Shown here: one piece after another, positions 45,111 to 53,381 of the stretch
How the letters are laid out: each line of letters begins with the position of its first letter
Numbering within the stretch: the first letter of the stretch is position 1
From: Pirellulales bacterium
GTDB lineage: Bacteria; Planctomycetota; Planctomycetia; Pirellulales; JAICIG01
DNA: 64,000 bases
Assembly (NCBI GenBank): GCA_040901675.1
Contig: JBBDYJ010000026.1
Coordinates: 1 to 64,000, forward strand
Direction of reading: 5' to 3'
The notes under the pieces: model-generated
What the model saw: the letters and a program-made list of their open reading frames with translations, nothing else
Told to the model about the DNA's origin: nothing
Database searches by the model: none
Program-made: the position numbers and the translations under genes

Positions 45111-46939
45111 CCAAGTCCGCCTCCCGCCTGGCCCTGATTGCCGTGCTGTTGCTGGGGTCGCTCGGCGCCTTGATCGGGATGCCTGGTTCCGCCGGCCGGC
45201 CGGCCGGCGAGCTCAGCCGCGGTCGCTCCGAGGAGGGGCGAGACCAGCGCCCGCCCGGCTTTCGCGATCTGGCCCGCGAGAGCGGCATCGATTTCAAGAT
45301 GGCCTTCTTGCCCACCGAGCAAGGGGAGAACTTCAAGACCAATTTATACGACCACGGCTGCGGCGTGGTCGTGGGCGACTACAACGGCGATGGGCACGAC
45401 GACCTCTTGTTTCTCAACCAGCTCGGTCCCAATGCCCTTTACCGCAACCGGGGCGACGGCACCTTCGAGGACATGACCGAAGAGACGGGCGTCGGGCTGG
45501 CCGATCGCATCTGCGTGGGCGGTACGTTCGCCGATTACGATAATGACGGCGACCAGGACCTCTACATCACCACCACCCGAGCTGGCAACGTGCTGTTCCA
45601 GAACCAAGGCGACGGCCGCTTCAAGGACGTCACCGAACAGGCCGGCCTGACCCTGGTGGCGCATTCGCAGACCGCCGCCTTTTTCGACGCCGACAACGAC
45701 GGCCATCTGGACCTGTTCGTCACCAACTCGGCGATCTGGACCAGTGCGTTCAACGAAGACTACGGCTACTACGCCGGCGCATCCAGCCTGATAGACCTGT
45801 TCGGCGTCCCCAAGGAGTTCAATGTCTTTTATCGCAACCGGGGCGATGGCACGTTCGTCGACGATACGGAGGCGGTGGGACTGCGCGGCCGGGGATGGAG
45901 CGGCGACGTGGCGGTCTTCGATTACGACGACGATGGCGACCTCGACCTCTACGTCACCAACATGTTCGGGCAGAGTCAGCTCTATGCCAACGAGGGCGGA
46001 CGATTCACGGACGTTACCGCCTCGACGCTCAAGCGTACCAGCTTCGGAGCCATCGGCTGCAAGGCCTTCGACTTCAACAACGATGGCCGGTTCGATCTTT
46101 ACACCGTCGACATGCACTCCGATATGTGGGTGAAGTTCCCGAATCAGCAAGACAGCATCCGTCCCCGGGAGAAGTACCCCTATTTCACAGGCCAGCTCTA
46201 CGACCCGGTAGTCGAGGCCGACGTCGCGGCAATGCTCGATATCCGTTACGAGGGGGTAATTTTTGGCAACACGATGCTGAAGAACCTGGGCGGTGGTCGA
46301 TTCGAGGAGGTATCCACCCCGGCCAACATGGAAAACTGGTGGCCTTGGGGAGTGGCCACCGGCGACTTCGACAACGACGGGCAGGTAGACGTGTTCCTCC
46401 CCGCAGGAATGGGCTATCCGTACTGGTACCACCCCAACTCGTTGCTCATGAACAATGGCGACGAAACCTTCGGAGAGCGCGCCTCCCTGGAAGGTATTGA
46501 ACCGCCGCGCCGGGGGATCTCGCTGCCCGAGCGCATCGGCGGGGAGCCGGCCGCCCGCAGCTCGCGGGCAGCGGCCACCGGAGACTTCGACGGCGATGGC
46601 CGGCTGGAACTGGCCGTCAACAATTTCAACGACCATCCTTACTACTTCAGGAACCAGTTCCCGAAGCGCAACTGGCTAGCCTTCCGCCTCAGGGGAACAC
46701 GCAGCAACCGCGACGCCATCGGGGCCACGGTCAGGTTCCAACGGGGCGATCAGATCCTGGTCCGGCAGGTCCAAGCCGCCGGCGGCTACCTGTCGCAATC
46801 GTCCAAGACGCTGCACTTCGGCCTGGGCGACCAGCAGCAAGTCGAGCAGGTCGAGATTCGCTGGCCGTCTGGCCTGCGGCAGACGATTCGATCGCCCCAG
46901 ATCAATCGCCTGCATCAAGTCACCGAGCCGGAAAGCTGA
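45107..46939 (+). CDS. CRTAC1-like FG-GAP + ASPIC/UnbV protein (paralog A2)
   Basis: close tandem paralog of A1; GTGA overlap. Confidence 0.88.
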   Translation: MTKSASRLALIAVLLLGSLGALIGMPGSAGRPAGELSRGRSEEGRDQRPPGFRDLARESGIDFKMAFLPTEQGENFKTNLYDHGCGVVVGDYNGDGHDDLLFLNQLGPNALYRNRGDGTFEDMTEETGVGLADRICVGGTFADYDNDGDQDLYITTTRAGNVLFQNQGDGRFKDVTEQAGLTLVAHSQTAAFFDADNDGHLDLFVTNSAIWTSAFNEDYGYYAGASSLIDLFGVPKEFNVFYRNRGDGTFVDDTEAVGLRGRGWSGDVAVFDYDDDGDLDLYVTNMFGQSQLYANEGGRFTDVTASTLKRTSFGAIGCKAFDFNNDGRFDLYTVDMHSDMWVKFPNQQDSIRPREKYPYFTGQLYDPVVEADVAAMLDIRYEGVIFGNTMLKNLGGGRFEEVSTPANMENWWPWGVATGDFDNDGQVDVFLPAGMGYPYWYHPNSLLMNNGDETFGERASLEGIEPPRRGISLPERIGGEPAARSSRAAATGDFDGDGRLELAVNNFNDHPYYFRNQFPKRNWLAFRLRGTRSNRDAIGATVRFQRGDQILVRQVQAAGGYLSQSSKTLHFGLGDQQQVEQVEIRWPSGLRQTIRSPQINRLHQVTEPES

Positions 46940-46987
46940 ATCGTGGCCTGGCCCCGCTCGCTCGTCCGCCGAACAATAAACACGGTT

Positions 46988-47470
46988 ATGCTCCTTCGAA
47001 CACCCACCTTCATCGTGGCCGCCATCGCCGGGCTTGTCGCGGCCTCGTCGGCCGTGCTGACTGCCGAAGGGCTGGGCTCCGACCACTCCACAACGCTCTC
47101 TCGGGATTTTCAGACGCTCTTGGGCGGCTTGGGACTTGGGCCGCGCGTGAACCTGGCGGGATGCGCGACCTGCTTCGACCCCCGGGCCGAGGAGCGCTGC
47201 TGGGGCTCGGGCCCTCTGCTAACCGGCCTCACTTACTGTCCAGAGCACACCCTCAGCGTCTTTGCCCATCAGCAGCTCCCCGGCCCGTTAGGATCAAAAC
47301 AGCCGCGGGCACGGAATCACGATTCCGGCGAGATGCACGGAAGCACCACTCGCGGAGCGAGTGGACCACCTTACCGCACGAAAGAACCACTCGCGGAGCG
47401 AGTGGACCACCTGACGCGGTCACGGAATCGCGATTCCGCCGCGATGGACGACGGCCCCCCCCCGGAATAA
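46988..47470 (+). CDS. small membrane-anchored Cys-motif protein; 3' end runs through repeats
   Basis: TM segment, then GGLGLG, CATCFDPR, C, YCPEH; alternative GTG start at 46943. Confidence 0.6.
   Translation: MLLRTPTFIVAAIAGLVAASSAVLTAEGLGSDHSTTLSRDFQTLLGGLGLGPRVNLAGCATCFDPRAEERCWGSGPLLTGLTYCPEHTLSVFAHQQLPGPLGSKQPRARNHDSGEMHGSTTRGASGPPYRTKEPLAERVDHLTRSRNRDSAAMDDGPPPE
47310..47438. repeat. A-B-B-A cluster of palindromic repeats
   Basis: A = CACGGAATC(A/G)CGATTCCG (47310, 47421); B = ACCACTCGCGGAGCGAGTGGACCACCT (47345, 47386). Confidence 0.85.
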
Positions 47471-47486
47471 CCATCTCCCACCTGAC

Positions 47487-48674
47487 ATGCGGGCTATCGT
47501 CGAGATATCGCGGACCGGGGTGGTTGCCATGCTGCTGCACCCGCTGCGCAGCGTGGCCACCGTGGCATGCGTGGTGGCCGGACTGCTCCCCTACCTGGTT
47601 GGCCTGGGATTGTCGCATGGGGTCCAGCAACAAGCGCGCGACTCGATCCGCTGGGGCGCCGACCTCTACGTGAGCGGCCGCCGCTTCGGCCGGACCGCGC
47701 CCTTGCCTTTGCAGACTGCCGAGCAGATCCAAAAGATTCCCGGGGTGCTCAAGATCCGCCCCCGGATCGTGGGAGCTATCACCTTGGGAAAGGAGCGCAG
47801 AAGCGCCGTGGTCGTCGGGCTGCCGGCCTCGGCCCTGCCCAAATCGACGCGTTGCGTGGCGGGGCGACTGTTCCGCGAGGAGAACGAACTCGTGATCGGC
47901 ACCACGTTGGCCCGGGAGTTGAAGTTGAAGCCCGGCTCGCGCCTTCCGCCCTTCTATCAGAATGTCGAAGGCGAACGAGTGACCCGCGTCGTCGGAGTCT
48001 TTGAATCCGACGCTCCGCTCTGGCAGGCTGACCTGATCTTCACTTCGCTGGAAACCGCCGCCACGATCTTTGACCAGCGAGGATCCGCCACGGAACTCTT
48101 GGTCGACTGCGGGCCCGGCTACCAGCAGCACGTGGCCAGGGCCATCGGCCGGCTGACCATTCAACGCACCGGCGACACCTCCAATCCGCTGCAACTGCGG
48201 GTGGTTACACGCCAACAATTGAGGAGCATGCTGCCGCGCGGACTCTTGCACCGGGAAGGAATCTTCAACCTGCACTTCCTCCTGGTTTTCTCGGTGGGCA
48301 TCCTGGCCACCATGGCTACCTCCGGATTCGGTTCGGCCGAGCGGCGCCGGGAGATCGGCGTCCTGAAGGCCACCGGCTGGCGGACCGACGAAGTGTTGCT
48401 CCGCGGCACCGTGGAAGCTTTCCTGCTGAGCATCCTGGGCGCTTCACTCTCGGTTCTGGCGGCCTTCATCTGGCTGGAGTGGTTCAACGGCTACTGGCTG
48501 GCCTCCCTGTTTCTGCCCGGCATCGGCGCCACCAGCAGCGCCGACGTTCCCTTCCGTCTGCTGCCCCTGCCCGTGCTCTTGGGCTTCTTGATCGCACTGG
48601 CGATCGTGATGAGCGGTACCTTGTATTCTTCCTGGCGCGCCGCCACCGTGCCGCCCATCGAAGCATTGCGATGA
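47487..48674 (+). CDS. ABC transporter permease, FtsX/LolE/MacB type
   Basis: HPLRS, large periplasmic domain, [26 protein letters not shown]. Confidence 0.9.
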   Translation: MRAIVEISRTGVVAMLLHPLRSVATVACVVAGLLPYLVGLGLSHGVQQQARDSIRWGADLYVSGRRFGRTAPLPLQTAEQIQKIPGVLKIRPRIVGAITLGKERRSAVVVGLPASALPKSTRCVAGRLFREENELVIGTTLARELKLKPGSRLPPFYQNVEGERVTRVVGVFESDAPLWQADLIFTSLETAATIFDQRGSATELLVDCGPGYQQHVARAIGRLTIQRTGDTSNPLQLRVVTRQQLRSMLPRGLLHREGIFNLHFLLVFSVGILATMATSGFGSAERRREIGVLKATGWRTDEVLLRGTVEAFLLSILGASLSVLAAFIWLEWFNGYWLASLFLPGIGATSSADVPFRLLPLPVLLGFLIALAIVMSGTLYSSWRAATVPPIEALR

Positions 48675-49426
48675 GCCGATCCAAGCACCTGCCGCTTTCG
48701 ACGCCGCAGGGCGCGCATCGGTCGGACTGGCTGGTCGAGACCCGCCGGCTGGGCAAGTTCTTTCATCCCGGCTCGACCCGCGAGGTCCGCGCCCTGGAAG
48801 ATGTCTCGATCGGAGTGGCGCGCGGCTCGTTCACGGCGCTGGTCGGCCCCTCCGGCTCAGGAAAGACGACGCTGCTCGGGCTGCTGGGGGCAATGGAAAA
48901 GCCGACCGAGGGAAACGTCCTCTTTGAAGGTCGCGATCTGACCAACTGCTCGGAGGCCGAACTGGCCCGTGTGCGCCGTCGCATCGGGTTCATCTTCCAG
49001 AATTTCTCGCTGATCGCCCGGCTCCCGCTGTGGGAGAACATCACCTGGCCCCTGGTGCCGCGCGGCATCTCGACGGCCCAGCGGCGCGCGATTTCCGAGC
49101 AGCTTCTGAACCGCTTCGATCTGGCCGACAAAGCGCATCGGCGCCCGGAGGAGCTCAGCGGCGGCGAGCAGCAGCGCGCCGCGGTCGCGCGGGCCCTCTG
49201 CGGCGAGCCCGTGCTCATCCTGGCCGACGAGCCCACCTCCAACCTCGACCAGGACGGGGCCGAGCGGCTTCAGTTGCTCCTCAGTCAGATCCGTCTCGAA
49301 GGAACGACGGTGGTCGTCTCCACGCATGATCAGCGGCTGGTGGCCATGGCCGACACCGTCCATCGACTTGACCATGGACGGCTTCTGGCGCCGGGCAGCG
49401 AGGCCGCCGGCAGCACCGGCGGCTGA
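48671..49426 (+). CDS. ABC transporter ATP-binding protein, LolD-like
   Basis: [37 protein letters not shown]. Confidence 0.93.
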   Translation: MSRSKHLPLSTPQGAHRSDWLVETRRLGKFFHPGSTREVRALEDVSIGVARGSFTALVGPSGSGKTTLLGLLGAMEKPTEGNVLFEGRDLTNCSEAELARVRRRIGFIFQNFSLIARLPLWENITWPLVPRGISTAQRRAISEQLLNRFDLADKAHRRPEELSGGEQQRAAVARALCGEPVLILADEPTSNLDQDGAERLQLLLSQIRLEGTTVVVSTHDQRLVAMADTVHRLDHGRLLAPGSEAAGSTGG

Positions 49427-49619
49427 TCCGAGGCAGTCACGCCGCCCGCTGTCCGTCGCGATGTTGGCCGTGTCGTCTCGAGATTTGCCCCGGTCGAGTA
49501 GCCGCGCCCGTTTGCTTTTTTCGCTGGCCTGCGACTGGCCCACGGGTGCCGGAAGGTTACGATGTTCTCGGTGCAGCCGCACAGCCCCCGCAGACGCCAC
49601 AAATTCCTTGGGGTCACGC

Positions 49620-50528
49620 ATGCGAGCCTTGATCACCGGTGCCACGGGCTTCGTGGGCCGCGCCCTGTTGACGCATATCGAGCAGCCGGTCGTCCTCAGC
49701 CGCGATGCTCGTCAGGCTCGAGCTGTGCTGGGCGATGTCGAAATCCATGCCTGGGACCCCGGCAGCGGGCCGCCTCCTGCTGAGTCGTTTCAGGGCGTCG
49801 AGGCAGTCTTTCATCTGGCCGGCGAGTCGGTCGGCCAAGGCCGCTGGACCGCAAACAAAAAGCGCCGCATCCACGAGAGCCGCTCGCTGGGCACGACCAA
49901 CCTGGTCCGAGGCATCGCTTCGCTGGCCCAGCGCCCCCCCGTATTGGTTTCGGCGTCCGCCATCGGTTACTACGGTCCTCGCGGCGACGAGATTCTCGAC
50001 GAAACCGCCCTGCCCGGCGGCGATTTCCTCTCTCAAGTTTGTATCGACTGGGAAAACGCGGCATCCGTCGCCCGTGCCTCTGGTGTCCGCGTGGTGAACC
50101 CCCGCATCGGCATCGTGCTGGGTCGTGGCGGCGGCGCCCTGGCCAAAATGCTGACGCCCTTCAAGTTTGGCCTTGGAGGCCGCCTGGCTAGCGGCCGGCA
50201 GTGGATGTCGTGGGTTCACCTGGACGACCTGGTTGGACTCATGCTGCACGCCGTGCGGCATCCGATCGAGGGGCCGCTGAACGCGGTGGCACCCCACTCG
50301 GTTACCAACCGGGAGTTCACCCAAACGCTGGCAATGGTTCTGTCGCGGCCGGCATTGCTCCCTGTGCCGGCCCTCGCCTTGCGGGTGTTGCTGGGCGAAT
50401 TCGCCGAGGCGCTGCTGGCGTCGCAACGCGTTGTGCCTCGAGTGGCCGAACAAACCGGCTTTCACTTTTTTTTCCCCGAGCTGGGCGCGGCCCTCGAAGA
50501 CGCCGTCCAGAGCCTGGGGCACAGTTGA
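49620..50528 (+). CDS. TIGR01777/YfcH-family NAD-dependent epimerase-like oxidoreductase
   Basis: ITGATGFVG, HLAGE, SASAIGYYG, GQW-like GRQWMSWVH, SQRVVP. Confidence 0.9.
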   Translation: MRALITGATGFVGRALLTHIEQPVVLSRDARQARAVLGDVEIHAWDPGSGPPPAESFQGVEAVFHLAGESVGQGRWTANKKRRIHESRSLGTTNLVRGIASLAQRPPVLVSASAIGYYGPRGDEILDETALPGGDFLSQVCIDWENAASVARASGVRVVNPRIGIVLGRGGGALAKMLTPFKFGLGGRLASGRQWMSWVHLDDLVGLMLHAVRHPIEGPLNAVAPHSVTNREFTQTLAMVLSRPALLPVPALALRVLLGEFAEALLASQRVVPRVAEQTGFHFFFPELGAALEDAVQSLGHS

Positions 50529-50669
50529 TCGAAGGGCAAAGCAAGGGAAGTCTTGTCCCTGCGACCGTTCAGCGATGCGCGCCCCGCTTTTTCTCGGAAC
50601 CCAGACGTACGGGGGGGCCGCGTCGACCCCACACAACCCCACAACACACCCCCCATTAGTGGTGGTAGG

Positions 50670-50729
50670 ATAAAGTTTATTATAATAATATTTTTTTATT
50701 TGACTTCGGTCTATCGACATGGCTAAACT
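50670..50729 (+). promoter_or_regulatory. putative promoter of DUF1559 copy 1 with AT-rich UP-like tract
   Basis: TTGACT-N18-TAAACT, conserved upstream of both copies; strongly AT-rich tract just upstream. Confidence 0.6.
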
Positions 50730-50779
50730 GCCCCTGCGAATACAAAGTCCTAATTCTTTTTTATTCGAGGGGACCAGCC

Positions 50780-51868
50780 ATGAAACGGAATCCGTTCCTT
50801 TGGCGAGCGGCCTTTACGCTCGTCGAGCTGTTGGTGGTGATCGCCATCATCGGTATTCTGATCGCCCTGTTGCTGCCCGCCGTCAATGCGGCCCGCGAGG
50901 CGGCCCGCCGCGCCCAGTGTTCCAGCAACCTGAAGCAGTTCGGCACGGCCATTTACAACTACCACGACGTCTGGGGCCGGATGCCGGTCCACTACGGTCA
51001 GTGGAACGTTCCTGTTACAGGCTGGAACCGTCGGGGCAGCAGCCATGTCCGCTTGCTGCCCTTCATGGAAATGAAGCCGATCTACGACAAGATTGATTTC
51101 CGGGGGGGGATGAACACGGATGATATTTCCGTGGAGCAAACGATCGATCCGGACACCGGCCAGAAGCTTGACCACCTGCTGATCCCCTCCTTCATCTGCC
51201 CCAGCGACAACCACAACGGCTACTTCGACGGCAGGCACGCCCTGAACAACTACTTCACGTCGATGGGCGCCCAGCGCATGCCCTGCCACACTGGCTGCTC
51301 GATCTCGAGCATTGTCGGCCCCAGCCCCTATACCGGCGACACGGAAGGCAACTGGTTCGGCAACGGCTGGCATGACCATGGCAATGGCTGGGGCGACGGA
51401 AATGGAATCTCCGGCACCTTCCAGCGCGCCAGTGAGTACCCTTGGACGGGCATTGCCGGCGGTCTGCCAGGCGGCATGCTCTGGTCGGCCCGGTTCACGG
51501 ACTTGGTAGACGGCGCTGCCAGCACGATCATGATGGGCGAAGGCCGGCCCTACTGTAGCGACCACCAGCTTGGTGGCTGGATGCACCACAATGCCCCTTT
51601 TGCCGCCGCAACGACTGCCCCGATCAACTACGACACCTGCATCGAGAGCGGCCACTGGGGCGATCCGAAGTGGACAGGCGTCGGCATCCCGCCCTGCAAC
51701 CGGACCCGGGCTTGGCCCACCGGGATGGGTTTCAAATCGCTGCACACCAACGGCGTCAATCTGCTGTTCTGCGACGGATCGGTACACTTTATCCAGGAGA
51801 ACATCGACTACGACGTTTACCAGCGGCTCGGCGAACGCAGGGACTTCCTGCCGGTCAGCGGTTTCTAG
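50780..51868 (+). CDS. DUF1559 prepilin-type N-terminal cleavage/methylation protein, copy 1
   Basis: AFTLVELLVVIAIIGILIALLLPAV..AREAARR..C..NLKQ; CPSD; H-X9-DG (HTNGVNLLFCDG). Confidence 0.93.
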   Translation: MKRNPFLWRAAFTLVELLVVIAIIGILIALLLPAVNAAREAARRAQCSSNLKQFGTAIYNYHDVWGRMPVHYGQWNVPVTGWNRRGSSHVRLLPFMEMKPIYDKIDFRGGMNTDDISVEQTIDPDTGQKLDHLLIPSFICPSDNHNGYFDGRHALNNYFTSMGAQRMPCHTGCSISSIVGPSPYTGDTEGNWFGNGWHDHGNGWGDGNGISGTFQRASEYPWTGIAGGLPGGMLWSARFTDLVDGAASTIMMGEGRPYCSDHQLGGWMHHNAPFAAATTAPINYDTCIESGHWGDPKWTGVGIPPCNRTRAWPTGMGFKSLHTNGVNLLFCDGSVHFIQENIDYDVYQRLGERRDFLPVSGF

Positions 51869-52097
51869 GGCGGTGACCGAACTGGTCCACTGAAGAACTG
51901 GCCACGCTGTCCTTTGTATCAGCTCCCTGCTTGGCAAGGGGTGTTTGTGGCTGCGCATTTACGGTGGCCTGGTGAAAATTTTCTTGGGTTTGCTGGGTCG
52001 GGCTCTTCGTGACCGAAGCCTGTGTTCCATAAGGGGTTGAGTCTCTCCCCCTACTCGCTCCGGGCGGGCCCAACAGCCCGCCAAGGTCCATTTTTAT

Positions 52098-52127
52098 TTG
52101 ACTTTGGTCAATCCGCACTGCTAAACT
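52098..52127 (+). promoter_or_regulatory. putative promoter of DUF1559 copy 2
   Basis: TTGACT-N18-TAAACT; hexamers conserved while the spacer has diverged from copy 1. Confidence 0.6.
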
Positions 52128-52232
52128 GCCCCCTGCAAATACGGCTCCCCCGTTTTGCTTCCTCACGTTCAGCGTGAGGATTAGTCGATTGAGGGGAAGT
52201 CCTAATTCTTTTTTTATTCGAGGGGACCAGCC

Positions 52233-53324
52233 ATGAAGCGGAATCCTGCGTTCCTTTGGCGGGCGGCCTTCACGCTCGTCGAGCTGTTGGTGGTGATCGC
52301 CATCATCGGTATTCTGATCGCCCTGTTGCTGCCCGCCGTCAATGCGGCCCGCGAGGCGGCCCGCCGCGCCCAGTGTTCCAGCAACCTGAAGCAGTTCGGC
52401 ACGGCCATTTACAACTACCACGACGTCTGGGGCCGGATGCCGGTCCACTACGGTCAGTGGAACGTTCCTGTTACAGGCTGGAACCGTCGGGGCAGCAGCC
52501 ATGTCCGCTTGCTGCCCTTCATGGAAATGAAGCCGATCTACGACAAGATTGATTTCCGGGGGGGGATGAACACGGATGATATTTCCGTGGAGCAAACGAT
52601 CGATCCGGACACCGGCCAGAAGCTTGACCACCTGCTGATCCCCTCCTTCATCTGCCCCAGCGACAACCACAACGGCTACTTCGACGGCAGGCACGCCCTG
52701 AACAACTACTTCACGTCGATGGGCGCCCAGCGCATGCCCTGCCACACTGGCTGCTCGATCTCGAGCATTGTCGGCCCCAGCCCCTATACCGGCGACACGG
52801 AAGGCAACTGGTTCGGCAACGGCTGGCATGACCATGGCAATGGCTGGGGCGACGGAAATGGAATCTCCGGCACCTTCCAGCGCGCCAGTGAGTACCCTTG
52901 GACGGGCATTGCCGGCGGTCTGCCAGGCGGCATGCTCTGGTCGGCCCGGTTCACGGACTTGGTAGACGGCGCTGCCAGCACGATCATGATGGGCGAAGGC
53001 CGGCCCTACTGTAGCGACCACCAGCTTGGTGGCTGGATGCACCACAATGCCCCTTTTGCCGCCGCAACGACTGCCCCGATCAACTACGACACCTGCATCG
53101 AGAGCGGCCACTGGGGCGATCCGAAGTGGACAGGCGTCGGCATCCCGCCCTGCAACCGGACCCGGGCTTGGCCCACCGGGATGGGTTTCAAATCGCTGCA
53201 CACCAACGGCGTCAATCTGCTGTTCTGCGACGGATCGGTACACTTTATCCAGGAGAACATCGACTACGACGTTTACCAGCGGCTCGGCGAACGCAGGGAC
53301 TTCCTGCCGGTCAGCGGTTTCTAG
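52233..53324 (+). CDS. DUF1559 protein, copy 2 (same protein except one extra Ala in the leader)
   Basis: translation identical to copy 1 after MKRNP(A). Confidence 0.93.
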   Translation: MKRNPAFLWRAAFTLVELLVVIAIIGILIALLLPAVNAAREAARRAQCSSNLKQFGTAIYNYHDVWGRMPVHYGQWNVPVTGWNRRGSSHVRLLPFMEMKPIYDKIDFRGGMNTDDISVEQTIDPDTGQKLDHLLIPSFICPSDNHNGYFDGRHALNNYFTSMGAQRMPCHTGCSISSIVGPSPYTGDTEGNWFGNGWHDHGNGWGDGNGISGTFQRASEYPWTGIAGGLPGGMLWSARFTDLVDGAASTIMMGEGRPYCSDHQLGGWMHHNAPFAAATTAPINYDTCIESGHWGDPKWTGVGIPPCNRTRAWPTGMGFKSLHTNGVNLLFCDGSVHFIQENIDYDVYQRLGERRDFLPVSGF

Positions 53325-53381
53325 GCGATCCTTGTACACGGGCCGGCTTGGCTCACGCCATGCTCGGCCTGTGAGCTAGAG

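Noticed and set aside
47345..47412. Possible mini CRISPR array (27-nt palindromic repeat x2)
   Set aside because: Only two units, a 14-nt spacer, no cas genes; fits a REP-like cluster
42723..49426. Nitrous oxide reductase (nos) cluster
   Set aside because: No nosZ, nosD, nosR or nosY recognisable; the ABC transporter is LolD/FtsX type
50816..53325. Diversity-generating retroelement (template/variable repeat) or shufflon
   Set aside because: Copies appear identical with no adenine-specific mismatches, are direct and full-length, and no reverse transcriptase or recombinase is in the window
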